Shown here one piece after another: positions 16,894 to 23,757 of a stretch of 27,410 nucleotides of DNA. Source of the DNA: a virus (lineage: Duplodnaviria; Caudoviricetes); IMG/VR virus record IMGVR_UViG_3300016263_001109, positions 1 through 27,410 of that record; one strand, written 5' to 3'. The notes under the pieces are model-generated. The model saw nothing but the letters and a program-made list of their open reading frames with translations. It had not been told where the DNA came from and searched no databases. Made by a program: the position numbers and the translations under genes. Position 1 is the stretch's first letter, and each line of letters opens with the position of its first letter.

Positions 16894-18987
16894 ATGGCTG
16901 ACGCACAAATCACGGTTATTGACGGCGATCAAACGCAGGTCGTTCTTGCGCCGGGCGAGAATCCGGCAATCGTCACCTCAATCCCCGGTCCGCAGGGTCC
17001 TGCTGGTGCTGGCGTACCCACCGGTGGCGCAACAAACGAAGTGCTGTACAAACTCAGCAGCACGTTTGGTGATACGGCATGGGGTCCAATCACCAGCGCC
17101 ATGATTGGCGACCTGCAGATCGTCAACGCGGATATTAGCGCTAGCGCAGGAATTGCTTATAGCAAACTTGCAACACTGACATCCGGCAATATTGTTCTTG
17201 GCAATGCCAGCAACGTTGCAACATCTACTGCAGTTACCGGCGACATAACGATTAGCAATGCCGGCGTAACTGCCATCAGCTCTGGAGTCATCGTCGACGC
17301 TGATGTGAATGCCAGCGCTGCGATCGCCGGCACCAAGATCAGCCCGAACTTCGGCAGTCAAAACCGCACGTCTACTGGCACAAGCACGGCTGCCTCGTTT
17401 ATTCCCACCAGCAGCACTGCACCAACGAACGGGGTTTATCTACAAGCAGCCAATACGGTTTCAGTAGCCACCAACAGCACCGAACGACTGCGTATTGATG
17501 CAACCGGTCAGATCGAGGCGGTGTCGCTGGGTACTGCTGCAGCACCAACTTTTAGTTTCACCGGCGATCCAAATACAGGCATTTATTCACCCGGCGCAGA
17601 CCAACTAGCCCTGGCGACTAATGGCACGGGGCGGTTGTTTGTTGATGCGAGCGGAAACGTAGCCACTGGAGTTGCAGCCTATTCTAAAGCGCTGACGATT
17701 AATAACGTAAACGCGGCGATTGCTTTGCGTGCTAACAGCGGCGGCGCATATTCTGATCAAGGCATTTTCTTTGCAGTTGATGGTACTAACTATTCGCAAA
17801 TTTACAACGACGGCGTCGGACAACTAATCTTCCGAACAAGCTCAAGTCTTAGCGAGCGCCTGCGTATCACTTCAACCGGCCTCGTCGGCATCGGGACGTC
17901 ATCGCCGGGCAACCGTTTGCACGTATCTGGTGGAAGAATTATCGCCGAGGCAGTCGATCAATATGCAATTCAACTGCAGCAAGGTGCGACGATTGGCGGA
18001 TTAATTGGTGCGCCTGCATCCAGCAGCATTGGTTTTTATGCCACAAGTGGTACTGAGTATGGCCGCTTCGACAGCTCCGGCAGGTTGCTGGTGGGGACGT
18101 CTAGTGCAGGAACCACCACTGCAAATTCACTTGTTTTGGAGTCTTCGGCTGCTTTCGGCCCTCAAATCGTTGCACGCGGCACTTCTAATGACCAATACCC
18201 TCTTTATTTCATCACAGAACGAGCGAGAGGCGCCAATATTGTCCAATCTGGCGATCAATTAGTTCAGTTCTCTTTTAGAGGATATGACGGTTCTGCTTAT
18301 CGTACCGCTGCAGGTATTGATGCTTTTGTAGACGGCGGAACTAGCGTTACCGCAGGATCTTTTGTTATAGGACGACGCTACAAAATTGAAACTGTCGGCA
18401 CTACTGACTTTACGTTAATCGGTGCATCAGCGAACACCGTAGGCGTTTTCTTCCAAGCTACAGGAGTAGGTACAGGCACTGGAACGGCAACTACAGAGCC
18501 TTACGCCAACTCGATGCCAGGCCGCCTCGTATTTTCTACAACGGCGGATGGGGCAGCATCTCCTACAACGCGGATGCTTATTAAGAGTAATGGCAACGTC
18601 GGCATCGGGACGGCGAGTCCTGCAACACCACTAGATGTAGTTGGAGCGATCCGTTCAACACAAGGGACAATCGATGCTCGTTTGCAGGCGGGCTATTCAG
18701 GTGCTGTTGGTATTGGGGCACAAAGCAACGATCCCGTCTTGTTCATTCAAAATGCCACCGAACGCGCTCGCATCGACAGCTCCGGCAGGCTGCTGGTGGG
18801 GATATCAATCAACACAGGCGGATCGCTTTTCCAGGTAAACGACAACCGTATTCGTATCGCTACTGCCAAAACACCGGCATCAGCAACAGACACTGGATCC
18901 GCCGGCGAAATCTGCTGGGACGCCAACTACATCTACGTCTGCACCGCCACCAACACGTGGAAGCGGACTGCGCTTGCTACTTGGTAA
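16894..18987 (+). CDS. Tail fibre protein 2
   Basis: 697 aa, with a short collagen-like GPQGPAG, repeated 'ERLRI.S.G.VGIGT' modules and C-terminal 'GEICWDANYIYVCTATNTWKR'. Confidence 0.85.
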   Translation: MADAQITVIDGDQTQVVLAPGENPAIVTSIPGPQGPAGAGVPTGGATNEVLYKLSSTFGDTAWGPITSAMIGDLQIVNADISASAGIAYSKLATLTSGNIVLGNASNVATSTAVTGDITISNAGVTAISSGVIVDADVNASAAIAGTKISPNFGSQNRTSTGTSTAASFIPTSSTAPTNGVYLQAANTVSVATNSTERLRIDATGQIEAVSLGTAAAPTFSFTGDPNTGIYSPGADQLALATNGTGRLFVDASGNVATGVAAYSKALTINNVNAAIALRANSGGAYSDQGIFFAVDGTNYSQIYNDGVGQLIFRTSSSLSERLRITSTGLVGIGTSSPGNRLHVSGGRIIAEAVDQYAIQLQQGATIGGLIGAPASSSIGFYATSGTEYGRFDSSGRLLVGTSSAGTTTANSLVLESSAAFGPQIVARGTSNDQYPLYFITERARGANIVQSGDQLVQFSFRGYDGSAYRTAAGIDAFVDGGTSVTAGSFVIGRRYKIETVGTTDFTLIGASANTVGVFFQATGVGTGTGTATTEPYANSMPGRLVFSTTADGAASPTTRMLIKSNGNVGIGTASPATPLDVVGAIRSTQGTIDARLQAGYSGAVGIGAQSNDPVLFIQNATERARIDSSGRLLVGISINTGGSLFQVNDNRIRIATAKTPASATDTGSAGEICWDANYIYVCTATNTWKRTALATW

Positions 18988-19005
18988 CTGGAGAAGTCCC
19001 CTTCA

Positions 19006-19515
19006 CTACTCAAGTCGAGCAAATTCACCATGAAGCCTGCGTGCAGCCTCGCAATAGGCGGCGTAGGCTTCTTCTTTTGTATTAAATCTGCCTAACGCTA
19101 CACGTTTGCCGTTTACCTGTATGCCGGTCTGCCATTTTTTACGTTCGGCGCTCCAGCTAACGCCTTTTAACCCAGATGTATTATCCGATCTGATTTTCTG
19201 ATTGCACTGGTTTTGTTTTGCAGTAGCAACTCTTAAATTGTCTATTTTATTGTTGTGCGGGTTTCCATCTATATGATCAATCATCATTTCACCCGGATCT
19301 TTTTTATGGATTAGCAACCATATAACTCTGTGTGCGCGGTATTTAATTTTGTCTATTGTTACATCCACAGCGTGTCTAGAAGACGTGCCGGCTTCGTCAC
19401 CCGGTTTGATCCAGCGTGTAACAGCCTGCTTCCAATAAAGCTTCCCCGTTTCTGGCTCGTAAGAAAGAAGTTCCTCGATGCGCTGCGCAGAAGGCAACGG
19501 TTTAAACTTGGGCAT
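19006..19515 (-). CDS. Free-standing HNH homing endonuclease with a C-terminal AP2-like DNA-binding domain
   Basis: 'AHRVIW...IDHIDGNPHNNKIDNLR' (HNH) plus 'NTSGLKGVSW....KW...I...GKRVALGRF...EEA..AY..AA..LHGEFA' (AP2). AT-rich and antisense to its neighbours. Confidence 0.92.
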   Translation of the reverse strand: MPKFKPLPSAQRIEELLSYEPETGKLYWKQAVTRWIKPGDEAGTSSRHAVDVTIDKIKYRAHRVIWLLIHKKDPGEMMIDHIDGNPHNNKIDNLRVATAKQNQCNQKIRSDNTSGLKGVSWSAERKKWQTGIQVNGKRVALGRFNTKEEAYAAYCEAARRLHGEFARLE

Positions 19516-19541
19516 CGGCCTATGCAGGTAGGGCGGTCATC

Positions 19542-19577
19542 CCCTGGGTGCGCTAACACGCCAGGGACCTTATTGTA
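19542..19577 (-). promoter_or_regulatory. Putative -10 box (TACAAT, 19577-19572) and 5' leader hairpin of the HNH-AP2 gene
   Basis: The minus strand reads TACAAT-aaggt-CCCTGG-c-GTG-ttagcg-CAC-CCAGGG. Confidence 0.5.
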
Positions 19578-19599
19578 CAAGTGTCGCGCTTGTTTTTCT

Positions 19600-19914
19600 G
19601 TGGCTAACACCTATCACTGGGACATCGCCAATCTCGAAAGGGAGACTGAAGATGGTTTTGTGTTTTTAGCCCACTACACGGTCACCGCTAAGAGCGAAGA
19701 CGAGGTGTATTCCAGCGGCGCCTACGGCAGCGTAGGGTTCCAGCGCCCCGAAAATCTCATCCCATTCTCAGACCTTTCTAAGGAACTCGTGGTGAGCTGG
19801 GTGCAGGAAGCCCTCGGCGGTGACGAAAAGGTTGCCGAAATCCACGCCGCCCTCGACTCACAAATCGAGGAACAGCGCCACCCGAGCAAAGCCGCAGGCG
19901 TCCCTTGGGCCTAA
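19600..19914 (+). CDS. Small acidic fibre-associated protein (resembles DUF7936-type proteins)
   Basis: GTG 19600 gives MANTYHWDIANLERE...IPFSDLSKELVVSWVQEALG...GVPWA. The longer ORF from 19330 overlaps the HNH gene and is not credible. Confidence 0.75.
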   Translation: MANTYHWDIANLERETEDGFVFLAHYTVTAKSEDEVYSSGAYGSVGFQRPENLIPFSDLSKELVVSWVQEALGGDEKVAEIHAALDSQIEEQRHPSKAAGVPWA

Positions 19915-19917
19915 TCA

Positions 19918-20007
19918 ATGCTTACCGCAGCAATCCTTGCCGGTGCCTGGTGCGCCGGCATTTTTATGGCGTACTGTCTAGTTTCAATTAACCCACCTGA
20001 GGATTAA
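19918..20007 (+). CDS. 29-aa hydrophobic peptide, possible single transmembrane helix
   Basis: Not in the ORF track. MLTAAILAGAWCAGIFMAYCLVSINPPED* fills the gap, with 3-nt and 2-nt spacers. Confidence 0.55.
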   Translation: MLTAAILAGAWCAGIFMAYCLVSINPPED

Positions 20008-20009
20008 CT

Positions 20010-20144
20010 ATGGCGGTCAAGTCAAAAACTGCACTGGGACGTGTTGAGCACCAGCCCGGCAAACCTAAAAAGACCCGGCAGGGCCAAGGTCAAAACAGCC
20101 TGCCAAATCACGGCAGGAAAAAGACTCGGGGTCAAGGTCGCTAA
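20010..20144 (+). CDS. 44-aa very basic protein (KKTRQGQG...KKTRGQGR)
   Basis: Not in the ORF track. MAVKSKTALGRVEHQPGKPKKTRQGQGQNSLPNHGRKKTRGQGR*. The RGQGR ending resembles small basic phage proteins. Confidence 0.7.
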   Translation: MAVKSKTALGRVEHQPGKPKKTRQGQGQNSLPNHGRKKTRGQGR

Positions 20145-20176
20145 ATTAGAGACACGGGTTGAAGCTATGCCTCCTA

Positions 20177-20431
20177 ATGGACAGCCACGAAGAGGTGTAC
20201 GCAACACCGCCTGAGCACCCTAATCCGTTTAATCAAGCCGTTCCAGCCCTTTTGACCGCTGCAGTCTTGGGGTTGGGCGGTCTTTTTATGCAAGTCGCCA
20301 AGCTGGATCAGTCAGTCAGCACAGTTGCCGCCGATATCCAGGAACTTAAAAATGACAGTAAGGAACGCCTAGCGGATCTTGAAGGCAGGGTGCGCATGAT
20401 CGAAATGACCGTTGGCCGCCAAACAAAATGA
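20177..20431 (+). CDS. Membrane protein with one transmembrane helix and a coiled coil (possibly lysis-related)
   Basis: ATG 20177 preferred. Hydrophobic AVPALLTAAVLGLGGLFM followed by heptad-like LDQSVSTVAADIQELK...LADLEGRV. TAAATT box at 20142. Confidence 0.7.
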   Translation: MDSHEEVYATPPEHPNPFNQAVPALLTAAVLGLGGLFMQVAKLDQSVSTVAADIQELKNDSKERLADLEGRVRMIEMTVGRQTK

Positions 20432-20610
20432 GCGTTGTAAATACCACCGATTTTGGCAGTGGCTACACCCTGGACCAACTGGAAAATGAACGCGGGGAAC
20501 TGTATTACCGCGCTTGCAAGGATAGCGTTTGCCGCTATGCCGAAGACCACTACATCGCAATGATGTACTTAGAGGGTATGGGCTGGGACCCTAAAGCAAA
20601 CCCCCAGTAA
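20428..20610 (+). CDS. Hypothetical protein (60 aa)
   Basis: ATGA overlap with the upstream gene, plausible composition. Confidence 0.6.
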   Translation: MSVVNTTDFGSGYTLDQLENERGELYYRACKDSVCRYAEDHYIAMMYLEGMGWDPKANPQ

Positions 20611-20908
20611 TCCACCTAACAATCGCATCTTCGCGGTGCGGCTCCCAAAAAACCTGCTCTCTGTACCACTCGATCCAGTCCTCCGCCGACTTGGAGATAT
20701 TGCAGGCAAAGCAACAAGCCACCAAATTCTGCTGGTGAGTATGCCCACCCCGCATCTTGGGATGCACATGATCCAGCGTTGCTGACCTTCCCAAATCTGC
20801 AGAACAATAGGCACACTTGTTCTGCCAATGTTTAAGAATTGATTGCCTAAATCTCGCCTTTGCTTCTTTTTTGTTTAAGTATTCGCCATCTTCAATGCGA
20901 TGGTCCAT
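20591..20908 (-). CDS. HNH endonuclease (CxxC zinc-binding type)
   Basis: 'CAYC...TLDHVHPKMRGG....NLVACCFACNISK'. ATG 20908 preferred, with a TACATT box at 20934-20929. Confidence 0.88.
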   Translation of the reverse strand: MDHRIEDGEYLNKKEAKARFRQSILKHWQNKCAYCSADLGRSATLDHVHPKMRGGHTHQQNLVACCFACNISKSAEDWIEWYREQVFWEPHREDAIVRWITGGLL

Positions 20909-20979
20909 ACCCAGCAGTGGCTTCACAGAATGTAGCCGTAGAAACTATTACGCGCACTAGCCTTCTTCTTTAGTACAGC

Positions 20980-20985
20980 TAAACT
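20980..20985 (+). promoter_or_regulatory. Putative -10 box (TAAACT) for the lysis cassette
   Basis: 28 nt before ATG 21008. Confidence 0.5.
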
Positions 20986-21007
20986 TTTACCAGAATCCGT
21001 ATTTCTC

Positions 21008-21145
21008 ATGGATCCCACCACCGCCGCCATGCTCGCGATTGTGATCGCCGCTGGTTCTGAAATTATTGCCCTGCTTCCCATCAAGGAAAACAGCTGGGTA
21101 CAACTGATTCTTAAAGCGCTCCGCATTATTTTCCCAAAGCGCTGA
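21008..21145 (+). CDS. Putative holin-like membrane protein (45 aa)
   Basis: Not in the ORF track. MDPTTAAMLAIVIAAGSEIIALLPIKENSWVQLILKALRIIFPKR*: hydrophobic N-terminal half, amphipathic basic C-terminal half, upstream of the endolysin. Confidence 0.7.
   Translation: MDPTTAAMLAIVIAAGSEIIALLPIKENSWVQLILKALRIIFPKR
21133..21139 (+). other. Candidate -1 ribosomal frameshift heptamer C_CCA_AAG
   Basis: X_XXY_YYZ in the correct phase, one codon before the holin stop. The -1 frame is open to 21354. Confidence 0.6.
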
Positions 21146-21162
21146 GATCCGATGCAGTCCGC

Positions 21163-21354
21163 ATGGCGCGAAGTCGAGTCAGTATCGACCGCGCCATCGA
21201 GGACTGGCACGCGGATCACCCATTAACACCAAAACCCGTTGTGGTTCACGAACCACCGAATGACGAACTACAAACCGGCGAAAGCCGCCTTCTGGGTGGC
21301 GCCATGACCATCCGCTCCCCTTGGTCCGATGCCAACCAACAAGATCCGCCTTAA
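21163..21354 (+). CDS. Hypothetical protein, or the -1-frameshift extension of the holin-like gene
   Basis: 63-aa ORF between holin and endolysin, in the -1 frame of 21008..21145, with no stop back to the slippery site. Confidence 0.6.
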   Translation: MARSRVSIDRAIEDWHADHPLTPKPVVVHEPPNDELQTGESRLLGGAMTIRSPWSDANQQDPP

Positions 21355-22456
21355 CGACCTGTTCCGGTTCTACAAAGGTCTGCCTCATCAAATGGCAGCC
21401 ATCACCGAACTGGAGCAAGCCATCAACAAGGCCAACACCCACATTCTTGGCCGCGATCAGGGCTGGTTCAAAACTTGGAGTGTTGCCGGCAAACAAACCA
21501 ACTTCCCCAACAGCTGGGAAGGCATCCTTGAAGCCGCCCGTGTCGCTGGCGCAAAATTCCCAGAACTTGTATCCGCTCAATGGGCACTGGAATCCAGCTA
21601 CGGAAAACTGGTTTCTGGCCGCAATAATTTTTTCGGTCTTAAAGGCGAAGGTAGCGATAAGAAAACCCAAGAGTTTATCAACGGCCAGTGGGTCACAATC
21701 ACCGACAGCTTCATCGACTTTCCTGATCTGCTGTCTTGTGTGATGTACTTAGTGGACCACTGGTACAAAGATTACAAAACATACAAAGGTTGCAATAACG
21801 CAGCAACTCGTAACGAAGCAGCCAAGTGGTTGCACAAGGAAGGCTACGCCACAGACCCCAACTACCCCGGCAAACTAATTGAATTGATGGATCAACACGC
21901 TGGTACAAAGCCGTTAGTACCAGCAAAAGAAAAAATCCTCAAAGTTGCTTACGAATACCAGCTCGGTCCCGACGATGGAGCAACCGGCTATCGGCAGTGT
22001 TTCAGTTCCAGTTGCGCAATGGTGGCCCGCTACTACGGCAAGATCTCCGGCGACTACGAGTACAACAAAATCCGCGCCCGCTTTGGTGACACCACCGACC
22101 CCAAAGCGCAAATCGCCGCACTGAAATCACTGGGACTGACCGCCACTTTCGAGATGGATGGAACAGTCGAAGACTTGGAAAACGAAATAACCCACGGTTA
22201 TCCAGTTCCCTGCGGGTGGCTACACAAAGGACCGATCAGCAACCCGAGCGGCACTGGCCACTGGAGCGTAGTCATCGGGTACACCCCAACGCACATCATC
22301 CACAACGATCCTTTCGGGGAGGCCAACCTCACTGCTGGCGGCTACGTCAGTAACAAGGGAGGCGCGGGTGTCGCGTATTCCCGCAAAAACTGGCTACCTC
22401 GCTGGCTCATCGAAGGCAACGACACCGGCTGGTTCATGCGTATTCGCCCGAGGTAA
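21329..22456 (+). CDS. Endolysin: GH73 glucosaminidase-like domain plus peptidase C39-like domain
   Basis: GH73 motifs 'AQWALESSYG', 'NNFFGLKG' and 'YATDPNY'. C39-like 'QCFSSSCAM', 'GHWSVVIGY' and 'HNDP'. Confidence 0.88.
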   Translation: MPTNKIRLNDLFRFYKGLPHQMAAITELEQAINKANTHILGRDQGWFKTWSVAGKQTNFPNSWEGILEAARVAGAKFPELVSAQWALESSYGKLVSGRNNFFGLKGEGSDKKTQEFINGQWVTITDSFIDFPDLLSCVMYLVDHWYKDYKTYKGCNNAATRNEAAKWLHKEGYATDPNYPGKLIELMDQHAGTKPLVPAKEKILKVAYEYQLGPDDGATGYRQCFSSSCAMVARYYGKISGDYEYNKIRARFGDTTDPKAQIAALKSLGLTATFEMDGTVEDLENEITHGYPVPCGWLHKGPISNPSGTGHWSVVIGYTPTHIIHNDPFGEANLTAGGYVSNKGGAGVAYSRKNWLPRWLIEGNDTGWFMRIRPR

Positions 22457-22458
22457 CC

Positions 22459-22680
22459 ATGCGTCCCATCGAGCACAGCACGGAATCCAAATTCCACAAA
22501 GCTGCAACAGACCAGTGGCTGGTTGATCTTTTCAACAAACAGGACTATCGCGGCCTCCTCGAAGCCGTCCTTGTCCTCAATACGCTCCACCTGCTGGAAC
22601 GAACAAAATCGGCCTGGGCTATCCGCGAAGCCGCCGATAACCTGGCCGATCAATTCGGACTAGACCGCGACTCGGCCTAG
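22459..22680 (+). CDS. Hypothetical protein (73 aa), last gene of the + strand block
   Basis: Starts 2 nt after the endolysin stop, helical composition. Confidence 0.65.
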   Translation: MRPIEHSTESKFHKAATDQWLVDLFNKQDYRGLLEAVLVLNTLHLLERTKSAWAIREAADNLADQFGLDRDSA

Positions 22681-22850
22681 CGCTGGTTGTACTTCTGGTA
22701 CAACCCGGTGTACGTGTGGTGCTGAGGGTGCTCAGGATTGGAGCGCCCATCCCACTCGTACAACTTTTCGAGCAGATCCATCCGGGAGTGATCAACGATC
22801 ACTTGACCCCAGTTTTGGCGTGCCCAATCGGCGAGTTCAGACTTGCTCAT
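22677..22850 (-). CDS. Hypothetical protein (57 aa, MSKSELADWARQ...YTGLYQKYNQR)
   Basis: ATG 22850 preferred because it avoids a long overlap with 22837..23154. Confidence 0.65.
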   Translation of the reverse strand: MSKSELADWARQNWGQVIVDHSRMDLLEKLYEWDGRSNPEHPQHHTYTGLYQKYNQR

Positions 22851-23154
22851 TTTTACTCTCCACGAGTTTGAGACGACGCCGAGCCGATTCTTTCGGCCCA
22901 TTGTTCGAGCGCACCAGCCTAGGCTTTTTCGCCACAGCATCAGGCACCTCAACCTTGCAATTCGGGTAACGATTTGCGGCAAAAGTCAAAGCCTGCTGGA
23001 GCGACTCCGCCCGAATCAAATCCCGCATCGCGCCTTGCCCAGGCAACCAAATCTTCAGCTCAAACAATGCAGTTTTTGGCGCACTGGTACGTGAACGCCC
23101 TTCACCAAGACGTAGTTCAGGGTCGAGTTGCTGCTGGAACGGAGTTACTTCCAT
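22837..23154 (-). CDS. Hypothetical protein (105 aa)
   Basis: Tiles with neighbours through short overlaps. Beta-beta-alpha-like core and basic tail. Confidence 0.7.
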   Translation of the reverse strand: MEVTPFQQQLDPELRLGEGRSRTSAPKTALFELKIWLPGQGAMRDLIRAESLQQALTFAANRYPNCKVEVPDAVAKKPRLVRSNNGPKESARRRLKLVESKNEQV

Positions 23155-23360
23155 GATTTGGGGTAGGCGGGTTCGTCGATGCTATGAACAGCAACAGAGC
23201 TGTTAGTGCACTGAGCAACAGCTCGCGCCGCAGCGACAGCCCGCTCATATGTGACCCAGCTGGAGGCGTCTTCTTTCGCAGCTGTAAGACCAATCCCATT
23301 CCCTGGTCCATAAACCGCCGTAACCCAGCGATCATCGACCATGACGACATAGCGCGTCAT
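23145..23360 (-). CDS. Hypothetical protein (71 aa, MTRYVVMVDD...)
   Basis: ATG 23360, with a TAAACT box upstream at 23399-23394. Confidence 0.65.
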   Translation of the reverse strand: MTRYVVMVDDRWVTAVYGPGNGIGLTAAKEDASSWVTYERAVAAARAVAQCTNSSVAVHSIDEPAYPKSWK

Positions 23361-23438
23361 TACCTGCAAGTTGACTACTGTGTGAGCCTAGTAAGTTTAG
23401 CTAGCTGGAACCAGACTATGAAGACATTTCACTAAGTC

Positions 23439-23714
23439 TCATGCGTCTTGTTCTGACCCACCTTCTCCTTGCTTGGAGCGCATCCTTCCCTGCACCCGCC
23501 GTTGCACCGACTCCGCCCAAGCTGCCTTATCAGCAGCCTCTGCAGCCTTGTAATCCGACACTGGAACAGCCTTCTCCAAAGCGGCGTAAACCATATCCCT
23601 CAACATTCCAGTTACCCGCTTGCCTTCGCTGGCTGCAAGCTGTTCAGCCAGCTTGTACCTATTACTGTCCAACAGTAGCTGGCAGTAGATCTTCGAGCCG
23701 TGCTTCAGCGGCAT
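23439..23714 (-). CDS. Hypothetical protein, possibly a ribbon-helix-helix DNA-binding protein
   Basis: Strand KIYCQLLLD, helix RYKLAEQLAASEG, helix VTGMLRDMVYAAL. TATGCT box at 23747-23742. Confidence 0.55.
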   Translation of the reverse strand: MPLKHGSKIYCQLLLDSNRYKLAEQLAASEGKRVTGMLRDMVYAALEKAVPVSDYKAAEAADKAAWAESVQRRVQGRMRSKQGEGGSEQDA

Positions 23715-23757
23715 TGCTGCTTCTCTAATCTCCTACACAGTAGCATACTGCGACACA

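Noticed and set aside
17883-18802. Possible diversity-generating retroelement template/variable repeat pair in fibre 2
   Set aside because: The repeats are only 16-30 nt, both copies are within the gene, the one mismatch is T/C rather than at adenine, and no reverse transcriptase is in the window.
19006-19515. HNH gene as part of a group I intron or intein
   Set aside because: It lies between complete genes on the opposite strand, neither neighbour is interrupted, and there is too little flanking sequence for a ribozyme core.
19330-19599. N-terminal extension of ORF 19330..19914
   Set aside because: It overlaps the HNH-AP2 gene and its promoter. The protein-like sequence begins at GTG 19600.
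19918-20007. 29-aa peptide as an o-spanin lipoprotein
   Set aside because: Neither Cys context (GAWC, MAYC) fits a lipobox, there is no basic N-terminus, and the mature part would be very short.
20923-21670. Minus-strand ORFs 20923..21219 and 21179..21670, and plus-strand 21321..21743
   Set aside because: They conflict with the better-supported holin-like, extension and endolysin frames, and have no motifs.
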